Assembly (NCBI GenBank): GCA_963675525.2
Contig: CAXXSL010000013.1
Coordinates: forward strand, 320,001 to 384,000
Length of the DNA: 64,000 nucleotides
Direction of reading: 5' to 3'
Origin: Anaerohalosphaeraceae bacterium
GTDB taxonomy: Bacteria > Planctomycetota > Phycisphaerae > Sedimentisphaerales > Anaerohalosphaeraceae
The notes under the pieces were generated by a model that saw nothing but the letters and a program-made list of their open reading frames with translations, was not told the DNA's origin and searched no databases. This document shows positions 10,960-20,292 of this stretch, piece by piece; positions within the stretch are counted from its first letter, which is position 1, and every line of letters begins with the position of its first letter. Position numbers and translations under genes: made by a program.

Positions 10960-11427
10960 ATCACTATTGTATATTTCGACAACGATTTTCAGTTCTCCGT
11001 CCGGTTGTCTCCTCCAGATGGTTACATACTTTCCCGCGGACTTCATCGGCTCACTCATACCCGGGAGGATTACGTCTTGGCTGAATGTCCCGACCTCATA
11101 GACATATTCGCCTTCGGCTTGAACATCCACCAATGTCGACTCAAGAGATTCGAACTTCAATCCCGTCGACAAAATCGCTTCGGTCTTTTGTTTTAAATCC
11201 GTCTTGCCGATGACCATCGGATACCCGTCGGGCATAGAAATGATGTCATCACTATAGTATTGCAGCATGGCGTCGACATCTCCCGACAGAAACGCTTTCT
11301 CCGCCTGATTGCCTAACATATCTACCTCCGCTTTCAAGTCTTCATGAGCCCGTTCTCCTGTATGGGCACATGCGCTTAGCAAGATGCAGACAAAACCTGA
11401 CATAACGACATTCATCCATTTTCTCAT
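10948..11427 (-). CDS. NTF2/SnoaL-like (DUF4440-type) lipoprotein
   Basis: Lipobox LSAC; YEVGTF and GKYVTIWRRQPDGELKI; start refined to ATG 11427. Confidence 0.8.
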   Translation of the reverse strand: MRKWMNVVMSGFVCILLSACAHTGERAHEDLKAEVDMLGNQAEKAFLSGDVDAMLQYYSDDIISMPDGYPMVIGKTDLKQKTEAILSTGLKFESLESTLVDVQAEGEYVYEVGTFSQDVILPGMSEPMKSAGKYVTIWRRQPDGELKIVVEIYNSDTSG

Positions 11428-11610
11428 GCTCCAATCCCTTCCATCAAACAACAAAAGCTCTGTCCCTTGTTTTCTCTGTAAAAAAACAGCATACTATTTT
11501 ACGATTTTTTGTCCGAGTTATGCAAGGATAAACAAGCTAAATCCCTGCTAAACAATGAAAATTAAAATGAAGCTGATAACGTGATGACGTATTGACTACC
11601 AGACGAAAGC

Positions 11611-14463
11611 TTATCGTTTTTCGGCGGCAAGTTTGGCTTTGAGATATTGGGCGGTGTAACTGTTCTCGCATTTGACGATCTTTTCGGGTGTTCCGGTGGC
11701 GACGACTTCTCCGCCGGCGTCGCCGCCTTCGGGACCGAGATCGATGATATAATCAGCCATCTTGATCACGTCCAGATTATGTTCGATCACAATGATGGTA
11801 TTGCCCAGATCGGTTAACCGCCGCAAAACATTCATCAGGTTATGAATATCGGCAAAGTGCAGTCCTGTCGTCGGCTCGTCGAGAATATACAGGGTATGTC
11901 CCGTTCCCGGCTTGCCGAGTTCGCTGGCCAGTTTAACGCGCTGGGCCTCGCCGCCGGACATGGTCGTGCTGGACTGTCCGAAGGTCATATACCCCAGGCC
12001 AACATCACAGAGGGCTTTGATCAGCCGGATGATCTTGGGGAAGTTGGCGAAAAACCGTTTGGCTTCTTCGATCCGCATGTCGAGAATGTCAGCGATGTTT
12101 TTGCCCTTGTAGGTAATCTGCAGGGTTTCGGGATTATAGCGTTTGCCCTTGCATTCCTGACAGGTGACGAACACATCTGGCAGAAAATGCATCTCGATCT
12201 TTTTGGTGCCCTGTCCCTGGCAATGTTCGCAGCGGCCGCCTTTGACATTAAAGCTGAATCGCCCGGGTTTGTAGCCGCGGATCTTCGCCTCGCGTGTCAT
12301 GGCAAACAGTGCCCGGATCAGATCGAACACACCGGTGTACGTCGCCGGGTTGCTTCGCGGCGTCCGTCCGATGGGCGATTGGTCGATCTCGATGACCTTG
12401 TCAATGCGCGAGGTGCCGTTGATGCTTTTATGTTTGCCGGGCTTTTCGCGGGAGGCGTAGAGGCGGCGTTTGAGGCCTTTGAGCAGGATTTCCGATACCA
12501 GCGTACTCTTGCCGGAACCGGACACACCGGTCACACATGTCAAAACGCCCAGCGGGAACTTAACGGAAATGTCTTTGAGATTATTTTCACAGGCCTTTTT
12601 GACCTCAATGCAGTCGGACATTTTGACGCGGCGGCGGCTTTTGGGCAGCTCGATGCGGACGCTGCCGCTAATATATTGGCCGGTCAGCGAACGCTGGCAA
12701 TTTTTGATATCATCAAGCGTGCCGGCAACCACCAGTTCACCGCCGTGTTCACCGGCGGCAGGCCCGATGTCGATAATGTGGTCGGCTTCGGCGATGACGT
12801 CTTCGTCATGTTCAACGACCAGTACGGTGTTGCCGATATCGCGCAGCCGTTTGAGAATATCCAGCAGGCGGTCATTATCGCGTCGGTGCAGGCCAATGGT
12901 CGGTTCATCCAGCACATAGCAACAGCCGACCAGACCGCTGCCGACCTGCGTGGCCAGGCGAATGCGCTGGGCCTCGCCGCCGGAGAGAGTTCGGCTGGTG
13001 CGGTCCAGTGTCAGATAGCCTAAGCCCACATCGATCATGAATTTCAGGCGGGCGCGAATTTCCTTGAGCGGCTGAGCGGCAATAAGCGTTTTTTCTTCGT
13101 CAAATTTGAGATTTTCGAAAAATTCGTGCGCCTGATCAATACTCATAAAGGTCAAGTCACTGATGTTTTTGCCGCCGATGGTAACCGCCGTCGCTTCGCG
13201 GCACAGACGGGTTCCGCCGCATTTTTTGCACGGCGACTCCGAAAGGTAGCCATGCAGACGGGCCTTGACATATTCGCTGGTGGTATTTTCCCAGCGGCGC
13301 TGCAGATTCGGGATAACACCTTCGAAACTGCATGCGTATCGGGCCTCGTCGTCAGCCGTGGTCCCATAGATAAGGATTTTGCGAACCGCCGCAGGGATCT
13401 CTTTAAAAGAATCACTTTTCTTGACGCCGAAATTACGGCAGAATCGCTTGATCAGGCGATTGTAGTAGATATTCATGCGTTTGCCGCCCTTTCGCCATGC
13501 CTCGACGGCGCCGTTTTCGAGCGAGATGCTTTTGTCGGACACGATAAGATCGGGGTCGAATTCGAGAATCGTTCCCAGACCGTCGCAGGCGTCGCAGGCA
13601 CCGTAAGGGCTATTGAAACTGAACAGCCGGGGCGACAGTTCGGCCAGCGAGGCTTCGGGGTGCTTGGTACAGGCGTATTTTTCGCTGTAAATGATATCTT
13701 TCCAGTGACCGTTGCCGCCGTTGGTCTTCTGCTTGTCGGGTTCCTGCATCATAACGATGACGGTACCTTCGCCGATCTTTAACGCTGTTTCAATCGAGTC
13801 GGCCAGGCGGATGCGAATGCTGTCTTTGAGAACCAGCCGATCCACCACCGCCGCGATGTCATGCTTTTTGTTCTTGTCCAGTACGGGAACGGCTTTAACA
13901 TCATAGATCTGGCCGTCGGCACGAACACGAACGAAACCTTCGCGCTGGATCTGGGTGATGATGTCTTTGTGCTCGCCCTTCTGTCCGCGCACCATGGGAG
14001 CGCATATCTGGACGCGGGTTCCTTCGGCCAATGAGAGGATCGCGTTAACGATCTGCGTGGCATGCTGGCTGGTGACTTCTTTGCCGCACACCCAGCAGTG
14101 AGGCGTTCCCGTGCGGGCAAACAACAGGCGGCAGTAGTCATATATTTCGGTCGTCGTCGCCACTGTCGAGCGGGGGTTGCTGGAGGCGCTGCGCTGCTCA
14201 ATGGCAATGGTCGGCGGCAGGCCCTCGATATGCTCGATGTGCGGCTTTTGCATTTGTTCGAGGAATTGCCGCGCGTAGGCACTGAGCGATTCGACATACT
14301 TTCGCTGCCCTTCGGCATAGATGGTATCGAATGCCAGCGAACTCTTGCCGGAACCGCTGATGCCGGTGACCACCACCAACCGGTCCCGCGGGATCGTAAT
14401 GTCCAGATTCTTTAAGTTATGTTCAGAAGCCCCGGTAATATGGATGGCTTTCGGTTCTGTCAC
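11611..14463 (-). CDS. uvrA: Excinuclease ABC subunit A
   Basis: Two Walker A motifs (GISGSGKS, GVSGSGKS), two SGGEAQR signatures, Zn fingers, FSFNSPYGAC; GTG start 14463 inferred. Confidence 0.98.
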   Translation of the reverse strand: MTEPKAIHITGASEHNLKNLDITIPRDRLVVVTGISGSGKSSLAFDTIYAEGQRKYVESLSAYARQFLEQMQKPHIEHIEGLPPTIAIEQRSASSNPRSTVATTTEIYDYCRLLFARTGTPHCWVCGKEVTSQHATQIVNAILSLAEGTRVQICAPMVRGQKGEHKDIITQIQREGFVRVRADGQIYDVKAVPVLDKNKKHDIAAVVDRLVLKDSIRIRLADSIETALKIGEGTVIVMMQEPDKQKTNGGNGHWKDIIYSEKYACTKHPEASLAELSPRLFSFNSPYGACDACDGLGTILEFDPDLIVSDKSISLENGAVEAWRKGGKRMNIYYNRLIKRFCRNFGVKKSDSFKEIPAAVRKILIYGTTADDEARYACSFEGVIPNLQRRWENTTSEYVKARLHGYLSESPCKKCGGTRLCREATAVTIGGKNISDLTFMSIDQAHEFFENLKFDEEKTLIAAQPLKEIRARLKFMIDVGLGYLTLDRTSRTLSGGEAQRIRLATQVGSGLVGCCYVLDEPTIGLHRRDNDRLLDILKRLRDIGNTVLVVEHDEDVIAEADHIIDIGPAAGEHGGELVVAGTLDDIKNCQRSLTGQYISGSVRIELPKSRRRVKMSDCIEVKKACENNLKDISVKFPLGVLTCVTGVSGSGKSTLVSEILLKGLKRRLYASREKPGKHKSINGTSRIDKVIEIDQSPIGRTPRSNPATYTGVFDLIRALFAMTREAKIRGYKPGRFSFNVKGGRCEHCQGQGTKKIEMHFLPDVFVTCQECKGKRYNPETLQITYKGKNIADILDMRIEEAKRFFANFPKIIRLIKALCDVGLGYMTFGQSSTTMSGGEAQRVKLASELGKPGTGHTLYILDEPTTGLHFADIHNLMNVLRRLTDLGNTIIVIEHNLDVIKMADYIIDLGPEGGDAGGEVVATGTPEKIVKCENSYTAQYLKAKLAAEKR

Positions 14464-14626
14464 AATCACCCCTGCTGTAACGCCGGCTTCCAGCCGGCAG
14501 GTTATATTGACATTGCCGACAAGATGCCGGCGGTACTTAGTACCCGATTTTTCTATGGCAAAACAATTTGGTGATTGTACCATAGGCAGGATATGAAGTA
14601 AACGCCCTTTTCGGGAGTGATTTCAG

Positions 14627-15415
14627 ATGGCTAATATCGTGGACTTGCACAATTGGGATTTAAGTCCTTTACAGGCAAGGCAGTTACAGGAAAAACTCAA
14701 GGATCATATTGAGTTGTGCCCCCTGCAAAAAAAACCGGAATTTGTGGCCGGGCTGGACTGTTCCCTGGATAAACGCCGGGGGCTGATTTTCGCTGCGGCG
14801 GTTGTATTCGAGCTTTCTACAGACTCATCGGGTGGCATGGCTTCTCGCGAAGCGAAAGCCATGGGAGAATGTTACAAACCACGCCTTTCGCCTACGGCGA
14901 GAAGACGTGCCACCCAAAGTGAATTAACACTGGTCGAAACCGTAACCGCCCACATGCCACTGGTGTTTCCGTATGTGCCGGGATTGCTGTCATTTCGGGA
15001 GATGCCGGTGTGCCTGGAGGCGGTTAAAAAAGTGCAAACGCCGGTCGATCTGTGGCTGATTGACGGTCAGGGTATCGCCCACCCCCGCCGGCTGGGGTTG
15101 GCCAGTCACCTGGGATTATTGTTGAATACACCAACCATCGGATGCGCCAAAAGCCGACTGATCGGAACTTATGATGAACCGGGCGCGTATAAAGGCGATT
15201 TTTCACAGTTGTATGATAAGGATGAACGAATCGGAGCGGTTGTGCGAACCCGCGACAACGTCAAGCCGCTGTTTATCTCGCCGGGGCATTTGTGCCGTTT
15301 TGAGGACGCGATAAAATTCACGCTGGCCTGCACAACAAAATACCGCCTGCCGGAACCAACCCGACTGGCCCACCAAACCGTCACAAAATACAAAACCACC
15401 GAAGACGCGGAATGA
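14627..15415 (+). CDS. nfi: Endonuclease V, with an in-frame insertion
   Basis: VAGLD, FPYVPGLLSFRE, DGQGIAHPRRLGLASHLG, GCAKSRL, YRLPEPTRLAH. Confidence 0.95.
   Translation: MANIVDLHNWDLSPLQARQLQEKLKDHIELCPLQKKPEFVAGLDCSLDKRRGLIFAAAVVFELSTDSSGGMASREAKAMGECYKPRLSPTARRRATQSELTLVETVTAHMPLVFPYVPGLLSFREMPVCLEAVKKVQTPVDLWLIDGQGIAHPRRLGLASHLGLLLNTPTIGCAKSRLIGTYDEPGAYKGDFSQLYDKDERIGAVVRTRDNVKPLFISPGHLCRFEDAIKFTLACTTKYRLPEPTRLAHQTVTKYKTTEDAE
14830..14915. repeat. Palindromic REP-like element inside the nfi coding sequence
   Basis: Terminal inverted repeat gggtggca...tgccaccc; internal hairpins catggctt..aagccatg and tcgcc-tac-ggcga; lies in a ~30 aa stretch not expected in EndoV. Confidence 0.7.
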
Positions 15416-15433
15416 CACTAAAATCAAGAAAAA

Positions 15434-15461
15434 AAGCCGGGGAAACAATTTTCCCCGGCTT
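15434..15461 (-). terminator. Intrinsic terminator after the PEP-CTERM gene (may also serve nfi)
   Basis: aagccggggaaa-caat-tttccccggctt followed by a U-tract on the minus strand. Confidence 0.8.
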
Positions 15462-15490
15462 CCGGTTTTAAACAAAACGCAGATTTTTTC

Positions 15491-16201
15491 TTAGCCGCGT
15501 TTTCTGCGAATAGCCAACAGGCTCCCAACGCCCAGAAGAACCATTGTTGCCGGTTCGGGTACCAGGATCAGAGCCGGCTGCCAATCTGCTGTGGCATTCT
15601 CTTTGGTGGCGATTCCGTAGCCTCTGTCGGTGCCGTCATCGTTAGCCAAAATGAATGTGACCAATCCACCATCATCAATTCGACTCTGGAGGAAAACTTC
15701 AAAGGCCGCACCGCTGATAATGATTTTGCTTCCGGCATCAGCGCTGCCCGGAACGACTTCGGTGATTCCCGCAACATCGCCATCCAAGTCGGTAATCCAG
15801 CCGTTGGTCACAGCCGCCGCGGACAAGGCACTGCTTTCCCATTCCTGACCTGGATTAGTGTCCATCAGAACGGTTTCATCCCAGTCCTGAGCCGTGTTGC
15901 CCGCCACATTGTTGAGACCATACAGGGCAAACCGTGTGTCAACGACTGTGTCATTACGTGACGCCCCGCCCGAGACGGTCAGGACCAATTGTGCGCCCTC
16001 AAGGGTGGTGTAACTAACGCCGGAAAGGTCAAAACGAAGATACCCGGCAAAATCAACACTGCCCCCGCGGACATCCATAAAGGTATAACCGCCGCGAACT
16101 GTCGCGTCGCGCAGATAGGTGTCTGCGTCACTGTCAACGATCACGGCCTGGACGGCTGAGCCCAGTAATACTACTAACAACAATACAAAAAATCTTTTCA
16201 T
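15491..16201 (-). CDS. PEP-CTERM sorted surface protein with DNRLRE/CBM96-like domain
   Basis: Signal peptide; DADTYLRD...YLRFDLS domain; C-terminal VPEPATMVLLGVGSLLAIRRKRG. Confidence 0.9.
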   Translation of the reverse strand: MKRFFVLLLVVLLGSAVQAVIVDSDADTYLRDATVRGGYTFMDVRGGSVDFAGYLRFDLSGVSYTTLEGAQLVLTVSGGASRNDTVVDTRFALYGLNNVAGNTAQDWDETVLMDTNPGQEWESSALSAAAVTNGWITDLDGDVAGITEVVPGSADAGSKIIISGAAFEVFLQSRIDDGGLVTFILANDDGTDRGYGIATKENATADWQPALILVPEPATMVLLGVGSLLAIRRKRG

Positions 16202-16289
16202 CTTTCCAATCCTCCGAAAAAGTAACACTTTAATTTACTATTCTATTCTTACTTCACACACATTACAACACACACTTCAAGCAAAGTAT

Positions 16290-16319
16290 GGCGGGCAGCA
16301 ATAATGCTTGCTGCCCGCC
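16290..16319. terminator. GC-rich stem-loop (terminator or mRNA stability element)
   Basis: ggcgggcagcaa-taatgc-ttgctgcccgcc; weak U-tract. Confidence 0.55.
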
Positions 16320-16348
16320 CAAAATACAAAATTTACCAAACTAACACA

Positions 16349-18371
16349 CTATGGACATTGCAGACTGTCACAGGCAAGCCATTGTCCGGCCATTAGTACA
16401 AAATCGCCCAGATCAACGAAGCAGTCGCTGTTCAGGTCAGCAATATTCGCGACATAACCCGGGACATTCTGAGCCGCGTCACAAGCACTCGTGCCGACAT
16501 AAACCTGGACCGGGTCAGATACAGCCTCCTGACCATCGTCGGCTGTCAACTGGAATTCATAGGTGCCGGATGTTCCAATGGTAACCGTTGTGTCTTCCGT
16601 GTCATTCGGAGCAATGGTTACGGTTTCCGGTCCGCTAAGCTGTTCCCACAGATAAGCCATCGTTCCATAAGGCTGGCCGTCATCGGTAACGGTACCATCC
16701 AGAGTAACGTCCACAGTGCCGGGGTTCGAGACAGTTGTCAGGTTCAAAACCGGAACTGTTGCCGGGTCAACGGCTTCCTTGGTTCCCAGAGCGTAACCCC
16801 TGTACGAACCACCCGTTCCAAGGGTAATAACAAAAGTAGCCAGACCCCCGTTGTTAGCACGATCCTGCAGGAAGGAAACCAGGTCGGCTCCTGCCACGGT
16901 CATCGTCGTTCCGTCAGTTGATTCGGTAATGTTAATTCCAGCTTCCATGTCCAGATTGACCACCCTTCCATCGGCAATACTGGTTGCCAGTGTCGGGTCA
17001 GCGGAGTCGAATTCTGCGCCAGCATTGTTCCAGGTGAGATCCATTTCACCCCAGTCCTGCGCTGTGTTGCCAGCGCTGTCGGTCAAGCCGTGCAGCGCAA
17101 ACCGGTCGGTAATCATGGTATCGTTACGCCAGCCGCCGGGAACTTTTGTCAGGGTCAATGTGGCATCTACAATGTCGGCTGCAGTATATGCAGACAGGTC
17201 AAATCGCAGATAACTATAAAATCCATAAGCATTTGTCACATTCATCAGGGGATCGTCGCCGTTTTCAGTATAGCCGTCACGCATCCAGGTATCCGCATCA
17301 GAACCAAGGGCTATTTTGTCCACCCAGACATACTGATCCGCCCCGGCATCAACGACGGGAGGATTGTTAAAGGTGTTATAGGACCAATGCAAGCCGCGAT
17401 GCAGGCCGGACGTGGAATCAAGCACATCGACGACCCAGTAATACCGCGTTAACGGATCCGGAGCTGACGGAAGCGAAACACTGTTGCTGTCAGTACCGGT
17501 CACAAGTGTCGTCAGGCCGTAATCGGACAAAAGACTGTTCGGTTCAGTCGTACCCCAATAAACATCGCAGGTAATGGTACCGCCAACATCATTCGGTTCA
17601 GGATTTGTCCAGCTCAACTGGGTCAAGGAACTGGTTACAACCTCATTCATCACGGGACTTGGATTGGTTGCCCAAATCGGATCCACGTCAGCGGGAAGAA
17701 CCAGCGTCGGTGCAATAATGTTGGGGTCCGTCAGGCCTTCCTTGGTACGGATATAATACTGCTTGCCGCTGCCGTCATTGGGACAAATGAACGCCAGGGT
17801 AATCTGATTGTTTGTGTCAGCTTTAATGACATCTACCAAGGGGGTTCGTAGCGTTTGGATCGTCCGGATTAATGGAAACATCGAGAGCAACGTAGTCATC
17901 ATCAGCCCCGATAGTGAAGGTTCCAAGGTACGTCATCTTCGGGTCATCAATGATGTAGTTGCCGTTTGCCTCCGGATCCGTTGGCAAAAATCCCGGAGCC
18001 GTGTTGTACGTAATTGACATCTCGCCCCAGTTGTCATCTATGACATTATCATTCAGCGCGTAAACAGCACAATCTCGGGTGTTTTCGGCACTGGTTATCC
18101 ACAACCGCAACTGGGCGCCTGTGGGATCCATACCACCGATGCTCGTGATATCCCACCGCACATAGCCGATATGAGATCGTGTATCTGTTAAGTAGCGGAT
18201 ATCCATGTCAACATTTGCGCCGTAGTTGTTATTCGGGCCCTTGTTGCTGTCATTGCCAATAAACGTATCGGCCCCGTTACCATCCGCTGTCGTAACGACC
18301 GTTTCCGCTTGAGCAACGAGCCCAAGCACACACACAAACATCACCATCACTAATACATTCTTTGTTCTCAT
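16349..18371 (-). pseudogene. Secreted multidomain protein (2 DNRLRE-like domains, FN3/PKD-like, dockerin-like tail), split by one frameshift (real or sequencing error)
   Basis: ORFs 17823-18371 and 16349-17926 join (NATNPL/VDVIKADTNN) if one base of the 5-G run at 17840-17844 is removed; ends ADLNSDCFVDLGDFVLMAGQWL. Confidence 0.75.
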
Positions 18372-18496
18372 GATTACACCTCCAAAAAAGTTAATAATTA
18401 TTATCTTAAACAACAATTAGTTCTATCTTCGTTTATTCCGATCCCTTTACAGTTTGTCGATAGATTAAAACGCCCTTAAAATTTCCGAATCTTCGC

Positions 18497-19345
18497 CTAC
18501 TCTAAGGCTCTTATGACAGTACGCCATTCTACTGCTTCATCCATCGAAATCAAATTACCGCCATCTTTGATAAGATTATCCTCGTCCTTCCTGAATATAA
18601 CATACCCTCCGCCATACAGCATATTGACGCCAACATAGCCTCCCATTTTGTGCGACATATTATCGCCCTGGAGAAGATCAAGCACCATCGAAAGATTCGG
18701 ATTTAAATCCCTCATCTTGTAAGCAGCATTGGGAAACGCTGACATTGCAGAATTCGGATGCCTTATTTTCCTTGCTTGCGGCAGGTATGAATATGAAATA
18801 CGAATAGAAGTTGGGTTGTTAATATCTCCTAAACCCATTGGCCAATCCCTATCGCCACCGTATGCATCGTATGAATGTGCATCAGTCTTATTGCTGTTGC
18901 AGTAAACAATTTCAGCAACGTCATCAAGTAAACCCGCTGACACTAAATATCCCAGATTGGTAACCCTTTCATCTCCGGCTGTATTCCTTCCAAGCATACT
19001 CGCCAGACGTTCGGATGAAGACAAGTTATTAACCGACGGATCATAGCTGCCAAGAAAATAGGTTGCAATAGGGTTTGACATAGTGCGTCTGTCATCTAAA
19101 GTCTTAAAAGTATAAGGATCTTGTTGATAAAAATTCATCGGCAATTCGCCGTTTTCCTGATCGGCATACAACACAATCGCCTGTCCAATCGACTTCAAAT
19201 GCGTAGCGCAAATCAGACGCTTTGCATGCTCCTTAGCCATTCGCAGTGACGGCAGGATAACCGCCAGCAGGAGGGCAATAATGGCAATGACCACCAAGAG
19301 CTCAATGAGCGTAAATGCTTTTCGTTTTTTCATTTCCTGTATCAT
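18497..19345 (-). CDS. Prepilin-type N-terminal cleavage/methylation protein
   Basis: [18 protein letters not shown]; degenerate C-terminal motif HKMGGYVGVNMLYGGG. Confidence 0.9.
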   Translation of the reverse strand: MIQEMKKRKAFTLIELLVVIAIIALLLAVILPSLRMAKEHAKRLICATHLKSIGQAIVLYADQENGELPMNFYQQDPYTFKTLDDRRTMSNPIATYFLGSYDPSVNNLSSSERLASMLGRNTAGDERVTNLGYLVSAGLLDDVAEIVYCNSNKTDAHSYDAYGGDRDWPMGLGDINNPTSIRISYSYLPQARKIRHPNSAMSAFPNAAYKMRDLNPNLSMVLDLLQGDNMSHKMGGYVGVNMLYGGGYVIFRKDEDNLIKDGGNLISMDEAVEWRTVIRALE

Positions 19346-19394
19346 ATTATCCTTTTCTTGCCTGTTTTGCATCCGTTTTCATTATAACCGTTAT
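19274..19394. repeat. ~121-bp near-identical direct repeat, copy 1 (copy 2 at 20176-20296): leader, RBS and pilin N-terminus
   Basis: Direct comparison, offset 902 bp, few substitutions. Confidence 0.85.
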
Positions 19395-19452
19395 ACTAAT
19401 CGTTCTCCTCAAAATACGCTTGCATCATTTGCACCCTTAAATCTCTCTTATC

Positions 19453-20247
19453 TTAATACCCAACTCCGGCCCAGAGGTCCGAATTCCACAGCCACTGAAC
19501 AACCTCTTCATCCTTATCGCTGGGATTGTTTACGCTCAAGTCCGCCATTAACACGTTGTTATGCTGAAAGGATCTGGAAATTCCAACCGCATCAAAAAAG
19601 TTATCAAGGGTTGTATTCGTGCTTTGTGCAAATCCCCAGGCATCATTCGTCATATCACACATCAGCGCATTGCTGGACATATCATTGACCGATGCAACTT
19701 GCGCCCTGAGCTCTTTTTTCCACAACCAGACATGAGAACTCCAGAACAAGGGGCGGTCATTGGCAGGCAGCGTCCCATTGGCAATCTCCGTGTAGATCGT
19801 CCCTGTTTCCCTCTGAATATAATTGCCGGCTGCTACGTCGCTAACCGCATAATTCTTATCATAAGACAGGTTTCTGATGCCCGGGCAAAAGAACACCTCA
19901 TACGTTGGTAACATATTATTATCCATGAGAAACTTTACCGCATTCGGTTGCGGTTCATGGGCATAATCTGAGGTCCCATTCGCCCAAAACCAATGCTTGG
20001 ATAATTGATTCGCGGTCATATTAACTGCCGTTTTGAAGTTACGGAAATCATAGTTAGAATCTACCTGGTAAGTTCCAATGGCAAGCGCGATCTGATGCTC
20101 ATTGGATTGACAAACCACTTTGCGGGCGTATTCTTTCGCTTTTTTAAGCGAGGGCAATATAACCGCCAACAACAAGGCAATAATGGCAATGACCACCAAG
20201 AGCTCAATGAGCGTAAATGCTTTTCGTTTTTTCATTCCCTGTACCAT
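19453..20247 (-). CDS. Prepilin-type N-terminal cleavage/methylation protein
   Basis: [35 protein letters not shown]. Confidence 0.9.
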   Translation of the reverse strand: MVQGMKKRKAFTLIELLVVIAIIALLLAVILPSLKKAKEYARKVVCQSNEHQIALAIGTYQVDSNYDFRNFKTAVNMTANQLSKHWFWANGTSDYAHEPQPNAVKFLMDNNMLPTYEVFFCPGIRNLSYDKNYAVSDVAAGNYIQRETGTIYTEIANGTLPANDRPLFWSSHVWLWKKELRAQVASVNDMSSNALMCDMTNDAWGFAQSTNTTLDNFFDAVGISRSFQHNNVLMADLSVNNPSDKDEEVVQWLWNSDLWAGVGY

Positions 20248-20292
20248 GTTATCCTTTTCTTACCTGTATTGCATCGGTTTTCATTATAACCG

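Noticed and set aside
10775..12080. uvrA repeat pair as a DGR template/variable repeat
   Set aside because: Mismatches are not adenine-specific on either strand and there is no reverse transcriptase in the window
11842..13023. 393-aa plus-strand ORF
   Set aside because: Antisense shadow of GC-rich uvrA with no recognisable motifs
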